In this document: one piece after another, positions 21,422 to 31,432 of the stretch
Position numbering within the stretch: position 1 is the first letter of the stretch
Layout of the letters: each line of letters begins with the position of its first letter
Program-made: the position numbers and the translations under genes
Notes under the pieces: model-generated
Databases searched by the model: none
What the model saw: the letters and a program-made list of their open reading frames with translations, nothing else
Told to the model about the DNA's origin: nothing
Assembly: GCA_040220235.1 (NCBI GenBank)
Contig: JAVJTO010000088.1
Length of the DNA stretch: 64,000 nucleotides
Source: Coleofasciculus sp. B1-GNL1-01
GTDB taxonomy: Bacteria; Cyanobacteriota; Cyanobacteriia; Cyanobacteriales; Coleofasciculaceae
Strand: one strand, 5' to 3'

Positions 21422-22861
21422 TCATTGATCGCGGGGGAAATAGAAATAAATCGCCCAGAGAACCAACAAACTCATCGCCAGAGTCGGAATATTGGCAAAA
21501 CTCCAGCCGATGACTCGATAGAGAATAAATCCGAAAACGAATTGCAAATAGAGAAAACTAAATGGGGCATAAGCTGCCAGAATCCAGGCGTCGCGGGGAC
21601 GTTCTTGAATCGGTTTTCGTCGCAGTAGATTGCCGTAAAATTTAAATGAACGACTGCGTAAATTGTTAATTCCAGTTAAGGCAACGGCGAGATAATAGCC
21701 GTCAAATTTAGCCAAAGGATTGAGGTTAAGGGCAACGGTAAATAATGCCGCCCCCATTAATAGATAACTGGTGGTAAATAGCCAACTTTCGGATACAGAA
21801 CCATTCCATAACCAAAGCGCGATCGCGGCAATAATCAGTTGACAGAGAACCCCAGCGGCGACAACCAGAACTCGTTGATAGTGTTTGACTAGACAATAGG
21901 CATCACTGGTATTTGTATACGCCGCAGGCATGAGAAACATGAAAAATACTCCCATTTCTGAGACTTGCAGGTTCAGGTGAGGGACTTGATTGGCATAATG
22001 TTTTAGGGTGAAAGCATGACCGAGTTCATGGAGGGAAACAACCAGTAAGGCGAGGAGGATAAAAGGGAGAAATAAGTTGCTACCTTGTGTGGTGATTAGT
22101 TTTTGTCCAATGGCTAAAATTTCCTGGCGTTGGTGCAGTCCAATGATTAGGGAAACGATTAAAAATAGACCTAATGTGAGAGCAAACTGCTTTGTCCAAA
22201 TCCAGGACAGGTTCTCAACATGACGGCTTAACCAAGGATCAGGATTAAACAGGGGAATGCGGAAATATAAGAGTTGTAAGGGCGTGAATTTACCTCGGCG
22301 GGGTTTCGGGGATTTGGTTCCTTCTAGCATGGCGGTGGCGGCGAGTTGTTGGAGGAGGATTCGCAGTTGATTAGGGGGAATGTTATAGGTTTGGCAGATA
22401 GCATTGGGGGAGAGATGTTCGAGTTCATTAATGACGGTTTTGGTTTGATTGTTGAGTTGGAGAAAGGTTCTATCTTCGGGGTTACGAAGTATCCAATAGT
22501 TGTCGGTGTGTTGAATCCATTGCAGGCTGGATTTGAGATGGGGGGAATTGGGATTTGGGTGGGAGGATGGGGTAGGATTGGGCTGATTTAGGTGGGAGGG
22601 GTCTAGGGTGAGGATGTTGAGGGTGATTAATTTTTGCAGGAGTTGTGTGACGAAATTGGGGGGGAGGGTTTCGCCGAGTTTCTGTTGGATTTGATTGACG
22701 GTATAGTGTCCAGTGAAATAGCGCAAGGCTTGGGCTTCAGTGGGGGAGAATTGATGGTGATGGTGGTTATTTGGGGTGTGGAGGATGAATTGGCTGGAGT
22801 CTCGTTGTTGGCTGAGTTTCCAGTAGGGTGTTATATCGGGACAAATCCAGTTGTTATCCAT
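21422..22861 (-). CDS. M50 (site-2) metalloprotease with two N-terminal PqqD/RRE-like domains
   Basis: HELGH and NLNPLAKFDGYY motifs, multiple TMs; two N-terminal beta3-alpha3-like repeats. Confidence 0.85.
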   Translation of the reverse strand: MDNNWICPDITPYWKLSQQRDSSQFILHTPNNHHHHQFSPTEAQALRYFTGHYTVNQIQQKLGETLPPNFVTQLLQKLITLNILTLDPSHLNQPNPTPSSHPNPNSPHLKSSLQWIQHTDNYWILRNPEDRTFLQLNNQTKTVINELEHLSPNAICQTYNIPPNQLRILLQQLAATAMLEGTKSPKPRRGKFTPLQLLYFRIPLFNPDPWLSRHVENLSWIWTKQFALTLGLFLIVSLIIGLHQRQEILAIGQKLITTQGSNLFLPFILLALLVVSLHELGHAFTLKHYANQVPHLNLQVSEMGVFFMFLMPAAYTNTSDAYCLVKHYQRVLVVAAGVLCQLIIAAIALWLWNGSVSESWLFTTSYLLMGAALFTVALNLNPLAKFDGYYLAVALTGINNLRSRSFKFYGNLLRRKPIQERPRDAWILAAYAPFSFLYLQFVFGFILYRVIGWSFANIPTLAMSLLVLWAIYFYFPRDQ

Positions 22862-23044
22862 AGTTTGTTGGTTTCGGATAAACGTTACGATTGTTGGCGG
22901 ATTTTTTTATGTACGAAGCATTCTTGACAAAATGTTACTACGGATGTAAAAGATTTATTCAATAATGCTTCGCCCAGATATCAACCTCAAAGTGACAAAA
23001 TAGAGGTAAGGATTAGGGGGGTTGGTGATATCACTCGGATGGGA

Positions 23045-23200
23045 AAACCTAACCCCCCCAGCCCCCCTTCCCTGCAAGGGAAGGGGGGAGTATTACTTGA
23101 TAATTGGGGAGTATTACTTGATGATCGGGGAGTATTACTTGATGATCGGGAACTCTTACTCCCCTCTCCTTGCAGGAGAGGGGTTGGGGGAGAGGTTTCC
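23045..23200. repeat. Palindromic repeat element with internal 21-bp tandem (GGGGAGTATTACTTGATGATC)
   Basis: CCCCTTCCCTGCAAGGGAAGGGG and CCCCTCTCCTTGCAGGAGAGGGG hairpins flank three tandem units. Confidence 0.7.
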
Positions 23201-23274
23201 CTTCTAGTATTGCGAGTGTTGGAGGGTAGATACATTGTCTTGATCATAGCTACAACTGATTATGTAAAATTTCT

Positions 23275-23445
23275 GTAGGGGCGGGTTTAGTCTTTAATTT
23301 TGATGTTATTGATAACGTTTCAACAAAACCCGCCCTGGTTCAAAATGGAGGTGTGTTTTAGGCGATCGCTCTTTTGATCAGGAATTAGTGCAAACCGGGA
23401 GGGGGAGGGCGATCACCGGGTGGAGATAGAGGAGGTGCGATCACA
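23275..23445. repeat. Single diverged copy of the ~190-bp REP/HIP1 unit
   Basis: Near-identical to the units at 24998-25575. Confidence 0.8.
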
Positions 23446-23668
23446 TTTGAGGAAAAGACCGAAACCGGGTTGATTCTCTCCGTGTAAATTTGGTGCGTTA
23501 CGTCGGGCTTTTTAATTGACTGATTAAGTCCGAAATTTATTCCCGACTAACGCACCCTACCGCTAAGGGAACAGGGAACAGTAAGGGTTTGAGGGCGATT
23601 TACTTGCACTTAATAAGCGTGCCGTTTTCTTTTGTCCGACCACTTATGTTCACTCAATTTGCCAGGGT

Positions 23669-24877
23669 TTAATGGTTTTCTGTAACAACAGTTTTAATCG
23701 GGACAGCAGGAGATTGAAATTGATGACGCCGAAGCGTTTGGGTTAAGGTTGTTAGGGTTTGGCTAAACTGAGCGAATTCAAATCGTTGAATGGTTTCCTG
23801 TCGCAATAGTTCGGGTTGAAATAGTAGGGGATTGGGGTAAGTCCCTTGTAAAATTTGTCGGAGATTTCGGGCAATTGCTGATTCATTTAAAGGGTCAACT
23901 AAACAGCCTAATTTGCCATGAACTAGGGGATCAACGGCTCCATCTTTGTTTCCGGCTAAGACGGGTTTTCCACAGGCGAGGGCTTCTAAATAAACAATGC
24001 CAAATCCTTCTCCTTGGCTGGGCATGGCAAAGATATCACAGAGGTTGTAATGGTCGCACAGTTCGGCGTCGGGGACGAATCCGGCTAAGGTGACAGACTG
24101 TTGTAAGTTAAGCTGGGCGATGAGGGCTTCAATTCGGGGACGATCATCTCCTTTGCCTGCCAGAATATAGTGGATGTTGGGGATGTGGCGGCGGATTTCG
24201 ACTAAGGCGCGGAGAATTTGGTCGTAGCCTTTGTAGGATGCAGAACGCCCTAGGCGGGTGACGGTGAGGATGACGGGTTGGTCTTTTGTGAGTCTGTAGC
24301 GTTGGAGTAGGTAATCGGGTTTGGGGGTGGGTTGGAACTGAGTCGCTGCAAAGGTGTTGGGTAGAACGGAGATTTGGGCGGGGTTGAGTCGTTGTTCTTG
24401 GAGCAGGCGATCGCGGGTATAATGACTGACGGCAATTATTTTGTCAGCATGGCGTAATGCTTTCTGGCGCAGGGGATGAGAGAGGTTCCATCCTTCTAAA
24501 CCGTGGACGATAACCCAGTAAGGGGTTCCGGTTAAACATTTGAGCCAGTAGCAGGGGATGCTGTAGTTGAGGTGGGTGGTGATAAGGGCGGTGGGTTGTT
24601 GCCAGATACCGAAGCTGATGGTTTTGAGAGTGAGCAGAAGGGTTTGTAAGAATCGAGACCAATTGCCGAGGCAGTGAAAGCGGGTTTGGCTTAAGAATGG
24701 GGGGTTGTCGGGAGTTTCGCGATCGTATTTGAGAAAGATATCATAGTTAGCTTTGGGATACAACTGCTGTAAGGCTTGTAGGAGGAAGATTGAGTAAACT
24801 TGTACTCCACCTTTGAAGCCGAAGATGTTAGGAAATAGTAAAAAAAAGTGGTGGTTTTGGGGTCGGGTTTTTAACAT
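23669..24877 (-). CDS. Glycosyltransferase family 4
   Basis: KGGVQVY, YKGYD, FAMPSQGEGFGIVYLEALACGKPV. Confidence 0.93.
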   Translation of the reverse strand: MLKTRPQNHHFFLLFPNIFGFKGGVQVYSIFLLQALQQLYPKANYDIFLKYDRETPDNPPFLSQTRFHCLGNWSRFLQTLLLTLKTISFGIWQQPTALITTHLNYSIPCYWLKCLTGTPYWVIVHGLEGWNLSHPLRQKALRHADKIIAVSHYTRDRLLQEQRLNPAQISVLPNTFAATQFQPTPKPDYLLQRYRLTKDQPVILTVTRLGRSASYKGYDQILRALVEIRRHIPNIHYILAGKGDDRPRIEALIAQLNLQQSVTLAGFVPDAELCDHYNLCDIFAMPSQGEGFGIVYLEALACGKPVLAGNKDGAVDPLVHGKLGCLVDPLNESAIARNLRQILQGTYPNPLLFQPELLRQETIQRFEFAQFSQTLTTLTQTLRRHQFQSPAVPIKTVVTENH

Positions 24878-24997
24878 TTTTAGGGGTATGGGGTTGTATT
24901 CTGATAGGTTGTGATGTTGGACGTTAATCGGGGGAGTTGGGCGATCTGCTGTAGGCTCTACTCGCTTCGCTATCGCAGGGTGGGGATAGAGAAGGTG

Positions 24998-25575
24998 CGA
25001 TCGCGTGGGAGTCCAGGTATTTGTAGGGGCGGGTTTAGCCGTTTAATTTTGATGTTTGTGATCACGTTTTAACAAAACCCGCCCTGACTCAAAATGGAGG
25101 TGTGTGTTTTAGGCGATCGCTCTTTTGATCAGGAATTAGTGCAAACTGGGAGGGGGAGGACGATCGCATTCTGGGAATAGAGGGGATGCGATCGCGTGGG
25201 AGTCCAGGTATTTGTTGGGGCAGGTTTAGCCGCTTAATTTTGATTTGTGTGATAACGTTTCAACAAAACCCGCCCTGGCTCAAAATGGAGGTGTGTTTTA
25301 GGCGATCGCTCTTTTGATCAGGGATTAGTGCAAACCGGGAGGGGGAGGGCGATCGCATTCTGGGAATAGAGGGGATGCGATCGCGTGGGAGTCCAGGTAT
25401 TTGTAGGGGCGGGTTTAGGCGTTTAATTTTGATGTTTGTGATCACGTTTCAACAAAACCCGCCCTGGCTCAAAATGGAGGTGTGTTTTAGGCGATCGCTC
25501 TTTTGATCAGGGATTGGCGCTAACCGGGAGGGAGAGGGCGATCGCACGCTGGGGATAGAGGAGGTGCGATCGCCT
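24998..25575. repeat. Three tandem ~190-bp units (GTAGGGGCGGGTTT...AAACCCGCCCT plus several HIP1 sites)
   Basis: GTCCAGGTAT at 25011, 25202 and 25391. Confidence 0.9.
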
Positions 25576-25625
25576 TTTTTTCGCCAGTTAGTACATCAGA
25601 AAAACCTTAGTAGTAGTTAAACCCA

Positions 25626-28600
25626 CTAAAAATCAATATAGTTCCTGGGGTTTTGTGCTGAGTTATTGACACGGATTTCAAAATGGAGGTGATGCCCAGT
25701 GGAGTTACCTGTATTACCTATATTACCAATGTGAGTTCCTGCATTTACTGTCTGTCCAGGACTAACATTGATACTGGACAAGTGTGCATAGCGCGTCTCT
25801 AGACCATTACTGTGATCGATTTTGATGTAGTTACCATAACCATCATTCCAACCATAACTTGCTATGACAACTGTACCGCCTTTAGCTGCTTTAACAGGTG
25901 GAGTAGTTCCATAAGTACCTAAATCAATCCCATTGTGCCAATTATCTCCACCCCATGCAGATTCATCGCGCCAACCAAATTCACTTGTTACCGGATAACC
26001 GGGAAGAGGATGTTGCCAAGATGTAGGTTGTGGTTCGGGATCAGGAGGAGGTGTAACAGGTGTTCCTGGACCCGTTGTATAACCGACAGGTAAATAAACT
26101 GACATCCCAACTTGCAGTCGCCGCGCTTCCGCCTCAGTAAACGTACTACCATCGGCTTTGGTAATTTCCCGCCAGCGACTACCATCGTTTAAGTATCGCT
26201 GGGCAATCCCCCAAAGGGTATCTCCAGACTTAATAATATACTGTTGCTGTTCACCGGGACGGGCGGGAGGTTCATTGAGCGAATTGTCGGGGCTACCATT
26301 AACAATCGCCGCTGAAATCCACTCATTGCTTCCCTGTATTTTGTACCATTTGTCTGTTGCTGTTCCTAAGCTAGGGAAGGAAATAAACTCACCCGTCGCG
26401 ACTTGATCAAAGGTAACTACTTCACCATAGTTTCGGGTTCCCACAAGAGAATTCCCTGTACTCGGTCCAGAGCGAACATTTGCGCCAATGGTGGCAATGA
26501 TTCGACCTGTAAAGGAAATGGGAGTATTATTATCTCCAGGGTTCTCGCTAGGTGGTGGAGCAGGTGCAGGAACTTCTTGGGGAATCTCAATGGTACTACC
26601 CGGATAGATAAGATTGGGGTTAGCAATCCCATTATGTTGAGCAATAAAATTGTAGTAAGTGGCAGAACCATTCCCCATTGTCCGGAGAGCAATTTCCGAG
26701 AGCGTATCACCGGATTGAATGGTATAAGGAACCCAGTCATAGTATTTACCCATAAAGGGAGTCGATACTGCCCGTTCCCCTGGTGTAACTTTTCCTTCCC
26801 CACTCCAACTTTCAGGAATGAGACTGGAGGGAGCATAATGCGTTTCTGGCTGCGTTGCCTTCGCCAGATTTACAGCCGCCGCCATGTTCAGCAACCCTGT
26901 ACCCGTTTCTGAGTTCCAGTTGGGTGTGCCTAAATCCGTTGCTGTATCCTTGAGAATATCAATCACTTGACGATAACTCAGTTCAGGATTCGCCGCCCAA
27001 ATTTGCGATGCGGCTCCCGTCACATTGGCAGTCGCTACCGAGGTTCCCGCCATTGTTCCTACACCTTCATCCGTCAATGATAGGGTGGGATTGTCAATTG
27101 TCCCCCCGTTAGACATAATGTCTAAACCGTTACCGTAGCTCGAAAAGTCACTCCGCTCAAATCCTTTCCAAACTGATGTATTCGGGTCAAACTGTTCGGC
27201 TGCACCAACCGTAATAATATTGTCAAACTCTTGAGAGGCTTGTCCCAACGCGGACATCACCCCGCCATCATTTCCCGCCGCCACCACCAGCATGACATTA
27301 TTTTGACGCGCATACTCAATCGCGGATCGTTCTTGAGGTGTAAACTCATAACGAGTGGTAACGTTTCCATCCGCATCAATTTGGGTTAAATCCATACTCA
27401 GATTAACCACAGCATTGGGTTGACCCGATTCTTGAGCCGCATCAACAAATTCAACTAATGATTCTGCCCATTGACCGGAACCCACAGCACGCCCAACCCA
27501 AATTGGCGCATCATCATTAATCCCTTCAACGCCAATATCGTTATCTTGAGTCGCCCCAATTATTCCTAACACATGAGTGCCATGTTCATTCCCCTCACCA
27601 GCTTCCATCAGAGGGTTATTATCGCCATCAATCCGGTCTTGCCCTAAACTGATTCGGCTATAGTCAATATCAGGATTATTGTCACTGAAACCTGTATCAA
27701 TAATGCCGACTAACGGCTGATTTTCCTGGGGAAACTCATTCCGGACAGGTTCAGCCAGTTCAGGATCTGTTGTGGGTTCGGCGATAATTTCACTGGTGTT
27801 AACAGGTTCATCGATAACAACATCCGTTGATTCTTCAGTCGTGGGTTCGGTGACAATTTCACTATTGTTAACAGATTCATCGATAACAACATCCGTTGAT
27901 TCTTCAGTTGTCGGTTCGGTAACAATTTCACTCTCATCGACTGGGATGTCATCGGTTGGCGATTCCCCGACTAATTCATCCGTTAATAGTCCGCCATCAT
28001 CAGGCGTATCCGGCGTAATATAAGGTTCGGCATAATCAATCAACGCTTGACCCAAATCCGTCTCCCGCCAATCCTTTCCAGACTCAATCACCTCATCCAT
28101 TAAAGCCGCTTCACCCGTCGCCCCGCGCACCTGGAAAATAACATCGTTATAATCCCCATCCGACTTCGTATCCACCCGCAAATCTTCCATCACAAACGTG
28201 CTACCATCCCCCGTGACATCGGCAATTTGCCCGACATGAAACCCATCATCTGGATTCGCTGTCGCCATGGAAAATAGGGGACGCGCCGCCCCTCCCACAT
28301 CGGGATTATCAAACACCCGTTGTACTGTATTATTGGGAACCAGCATGAAACCAAATTCATCCCCTGGACGCATTTGGACTGTCTGAACTCCCAAATACTC
28401 CCCAGAATTTCGGTCACCTTCTCCTAACTCTCCAACGAACCGCGCCCCCTCAGTTTGGTCAGATATCACCACATGACCTAATTCTGAATCACTCAATGCA
28501 CGAGAGGCGGCTTCCTGGATAAATTCTTCTGAACCGGGTTCAAATTCATCCATGCCATCTAAGCTAAAGATAGCCAGTTCGCCTTGATAACCCCCGCCAT

Positions 28601-29162
28601 CAAAGAGGAAATCAATGCTTACTTCCCCAGTTTCACCGACGGTGAATGTGCCAGACTCAAAGGTAGGATTGATAAAGGGAATGTCTTCGAGTTGATCGGT
28701 TAACAGTGGTGTCTCTGGCGTCGTTTCGGCACTACTATCAGCCGTATCTTCCAGGGTTAAATCGACATCCCCATCCATATTGCTAGAGGTTTGACTTTCC
28801 CCGTCTGAGATATCCCAATCCTCACCCAATTCTGGGAGTTCAGGGGTATCAATATCCATTGTTGCTAAGTCGGGTGTCTCATCGATGCCATCCACTAAAC
28901 CACTAGGAGTGTACATGGGTTCGAGGATAAAGGCTTGTAGCAATATTGGAGACTTGTCATCCAGGGATTGGTGATCAGGGGGTGATTTTGACCCGAATAA
29001 ACCATTCCAAAAACTCGTCAGCCATCGAAAAACACCATTGTGCGATCGCGCCTTGGTGCTGGATGCTGGAGATGGTTGAGTGGCTGTTGGTTTGCTTGTC
29101 GATACCTCTAAACGGTTCATAGAATTCGTTTCCTTAAAATCATGATCGAGAACTATGTCCAT
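25626..29162 (-). CDS. Large multidomain protein: LEP-motif N-terminus, DUF4114-like domain, S8 subtilase, LysM, SH3, LysM, M23 peptidase
   Basis: [16 protein letters not shown]8 triad IIDTG/HGTHV/GTSVA; Lys[14 protein letters not shown] and [23 protein letters not shown]23 HNGIDL/YAHLS/HLHFE. Confidence 0.9.
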   Translation of the reverse strand: MDIVLDHDFKETNSMNRLEVSTSKPTATQPSPASSTKARSHNGVFRWLTSFWNGLFGSKSPPDHQSLDDKSPILLQAFILEPMYTPSGLVDGIDETPDLATMDIDTPELPELGEDWDISDGESQTSSNMDGDVDLTLEDTADSSAETTPETPLLTDQLEDIPFINPTFESGTFTVGETGEVSIDFLFDGGGYQGELAIFSLDGMDEFEPGSEEFIQEAASRALSDSELGHVVISDQTEGARFVGELGEGDRNSGEYLGVQTVQMRPGDEFGFMLVPNNTVQRVFDNPDVGGAARPLFSMATANPDDGFHVGQIADVTGDGSTFVMEDLRVDTKSDGDYNDVIFQVRGATGEAALMDEVIESGKDWRETDLGQALIDYAEPYITPDTPDDGGLLTDELVGESPTDDIPVDESEIVTEPTTEESTDVVIDESVNNSEIVTEPTTEESTDVVIDEPVNTSEIIAEPTTDPELAEPVRNEFPQENQPLVGIIDTGFSDNNPDIDYSRISLGQDRIDGDNNPLMEAGEGNEHGTHVLGIIGATQDNDIGVEGINDDAPIWVGRAVGSGQWAESLVEFVDAAQESGQPNAVVNLSMDLTQIDADGNVTTRYEFTPQERSAIEYARQNNVMLVVAAGNDGGVMSALGQASQEFDNIITVGAAEQFDPNTSVWKGFERSDFSSYGNGLDIMSNGGTIDNPTLSLTDEGVGTMAGTSVATANVTGAASQIWAANPELSYRQVIDILKDTATDLGTPNWNSETGTGLLNMAAAVNLAKATQPETHYAPSSLIPESWSGEGKVTPGERAVSTPFMGKYYDWVPYTIQSGDTLSEIALRTMGNGSATYYNFIAQHNGIANPNLIYPGSTIEIPQEVPAPAPPPSENPGDNNTPISFTGRIIATIGANVRSGPSTGNSLVGTRNYGEVVTFDQVATGEFISFPSLGTATDKWYKIQGSNEWISAAIVNGSPDNSLNEPPARPGEQQQYIIKSGDTLWGIAQRYLNDGSRWREITKADGSTFTEAEARRLQVGMSVYLPVGYTTGPGTPVTPPPDPEPQPTSWQHPLPGYPVTSEFGWRDESAWGGDNWHNGIDLGTYGTTPPVKAAKGGTVVIASYGWNDGYGNYIKIDHSNGLETRYAHLSSINVSPGQTVNAGTHIGNIGNTGNSTGHHLHFEIRVNNSAQNPRNYIDF

Positions 29163-29196
29163 TAAAAAGGGGTTTCTGGGTGCAGAACCCCCCGTT

Positions 29197-29257
29197 AGGT
29201 ATCAACTTCAATCGGGTTATTGCTATCAAAAGCTATCAGAAGGTATCAGGAGGTATC
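29197..29257. promoter_or_regulatory. Phased direct-repeat array (A/T)G(G/C)TATC with 10-bp period; putative operator
   Basis: Boxes at 29221, 29231, 29241 and 29251, plus one at 29197, just upstream of the S8-M23 gene. Confidence 0.55.
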
Positions 29258-29300
29258 ACAACCCAACTTTGGGGAGGTTCATTTGCTCATCGGTTGAGTA

Positions 29301-29424
29301 AGCGGTTATGCATTTAAATTGGGTATTAGTAGCGAGCAAGATGCAAAGCCTGCGGCATGGCTTCGCTAAACGCACTACAAGGATTTCGTCATTGTTGACA
29401 TTAAGTTTTGAATGCCGAACAGCT
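29301..29424. mobile_element. AGCTG-TIR MITE
   Basis: TA|AGCGGTTATGCATTTAAA...GAATGCCGAACAGCT|TA. Confidence 0.8.
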
Positions 29425-29730
29425 TAGAGGGTAAGCTATAACAACCACCAAGTCAGTAGGATGGGCATTGCCCACCAGCATACCAGTCAGTTAAATTCAA
29501 TTTAGTAAGTCCTGTAAGGACAAAAAAAACAGACGCCGCTTTCTCCTGCTGTTGCCTATTGAGTTTCACATCTCAAATGAAAACACTATATAAGGACACG
29601 ACAGTGTCGTGTCCCTACAAATAGGCAGAAACTTTTGGGTCAAAAATCTATGGTATTGATGAATCTATTCAACCTGTTTTAAGAGTAGGGGCGCACCGAC
29701 GTGCGCCCTATTCCCAACCTGCGCCCTATC

Positions 29731-29928
29731 TTATGTTTCTGCGCTCAATTCTCGCGACTTTTGCCTCACCATCCCCGCAATTACCGCTTGTTGCAATTTC
29801 ATAAAGGCGTTGATGTCTTCTAAGCCATATTTTGTGGTTTGGAGTAATTGTCGGAGTTGGTTTTCTGCTTCAACGCTAAGATAACCATTGGTGAGCGCTT
29901 GTTGTACAATTTGCCGAATTAAAATTAT
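29731..29928 (-). CDS. Small conserved cyanobacterial protein with apparent ATA start
   Basis: (I/M)ILIRQIVQQALTNGYLSVEAENQLRQLL; AAGGAGGG Shine-Dalgarno-like sequence upstream. Confidence 0.6.
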   Translation of the reverse strand: MILIRQIVQQALTNGYLSVEAENQLRQLLQTTKYGLEDINAFMKLQQAVIAGMVRQKSRELSAET

Positions 29929-30004
29929 GGTCTTTATCCCTCCTTGGAAACTGTCATGAATGACGGTTAGTAGAGACGTTGCCTGCAACGTCTCTACAAT
30001 TTGT

Positions 30005-30937
30005 TTACATCCGACGACGTTTGCGAAGTTGACTAACAAAAATTAAGCCTACGGTGCCTAAACCAAAAACTGTACCTGGTTCAGGTACAGATTCACAGTA
30101 ATCCCGTTCGCAAATACCGGATTTGTCAAATTTAAAGGCAATATTGTGATTGCCATCAAACTGATTTAAGTCGTAACCTGCCGTTATTAAATCAGAATCA
30201 CTCAGATATATAATATCGGCAATAAACTCTCCCGATGCAATAGAGTTGAGACTTTGACCTTGATCAAAATAGGTTGTTGTGGCGGGTAAATCCCCGAAAC
30301 TGGGTTCACATAAACCGGGAATACAGTCTCGGGTAACCACAGCATTATTATAGGCTTCTATGCTGCTAAAACCATTGTTTTCTCCTGTAACACTTTTGGC
30401 GGTAACATTGGCGTATAGACCCACTTCGGGTGCGCCGGAATCACTGTTGGGAGAGAAACGAACGGCAAATAAATCACCCGCGTCACTGGCGGTGGTAAAG
30501 TCTTGATCAGTCAAGTTGATGAATAAATCACCCCAACCCGTATTCCCGTCATCCGCGTCAGTTCCCTCTACACCGGTTAAGGGCATATTGCCATTGAGGA
30601 CAACCAAAATGCTATCAACGGTTTCTTTGACAGACATCCCGTAGAGTTCATAGCGATTATCTTTGCCGCCAACGATATCGCCATCAACGCCATCATTGGG
30701 GGAATCTTGACTATGATCCCAGGGGGCGTCATCACTAGGTTTGGGTCTGGGTTTTTTCCCCGGATCAAGTGCGCCGCCATCGTTGAGACATTCTTCAAAG
30801 ATACTGAGAATGGAGCCTTCATTTAAGGCTCGTAATGTGGCGGCTTGGGCGGCTTCTCCTGTGGGCAAAATTAAGCCCATTGCAGCGATTAAACTAATCA
30901 GTTTTGCGCTAATTAATAGTGTATTACGATTAGACAT
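30005..30937 (-). CDS. PEP-CTERM (exosortase-sorted) surface protein, XDD3-like
   Basis: Signal peptide; YELYGMSVKET..GWGDLF; C-terminal VPEP-TM-RKRRR. Confidence 0.88.
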   Translation of the reverse strand: MSNRNTLLISAKLISLIAAMGLILPTGEAAQAATLRALNEGSILSIFEECLNDGGALDPGKKPRPKPSDDAPWDHSQDSPNDGVDGDIVGGKDNRYELYGMSVKETVDSILVVLNGNMPLTGVEGTDADDGNTGWGDLFINLTDQDFTTASDAGDLFAVRFSPNSDSGAPEVGLYANVTAKSVTGENNGFSSIEAYNNAVVTRDCIPGLCEPSFGDLPATTTYFDQGQSLNSIASGEFIADIIYLSDSDLITAGYDLNQFDGNHNIAFKFDKSGICERDYCESVPEPGTVFGLGTVGLIFVSQLRKRRRM

Positions 30938-31294
30938 GGGTTTCTCCTTAAACTGTTATGGAGTCAGGGCTTTAGCCCTAAATTCTGTTGGGTTTCATGA
31001 CGGGGCTGGAGCGAACCTGGTGCGTTACGCTTCGCTAACGCACCCTACGACTAGAATACTGCATAGTGTACAGGGGTTAGCGTTTTATTTGTAAACCGAT
31101 ACAAACTCAGGTTCGTATTTGTCATCTGTCATTTTTCCTTTGTCCTTGGAAAATGGGAAATCCGGCGAAATTAGGCTTGCCTCGCTCCAATTCGTGGATT
31201 TTCTGACTATCCTTATTAAAGAGTAAACTTACTGCCCTTAACCCCCCGCAACCTATCAATTTGCCCGCTAACCTAGCGGTGGGGAATTTACAGA

Positions 31295-31379
31295 AAGTAT
31301 CAAAAGGTATCAAAAGGTATCAAAAGGTATCATCATCTTAAGTCAGGGTGGGTGGTGTGGATAAGGTATCGGTGGTATC
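31295..31379. promoter_or_regulatory. Phased direct-repeat array AAAAGGTATC (10-bp period) in a divergent promoter region
   Basis: Boxes at 31295, 31305, 31315 and 31325, plus 31364 and 31373. Confidence 0.55.
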
Positions 31380-31432
31380 CTCTGGTTATAGGCTAAACTC
31401 GCCCCTACAGGTGATTACAGGAAAATAGCTAT

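Noticed and set aside
22987..23278. Three short ORFs
   Set aside because: Derived from a palindromic repeat element.
24998..25575. Possible CRISPR array
   Set aside because: Whole units, including the would-be spacers, are near-identical and ~190 bp long; no cas genes are present.
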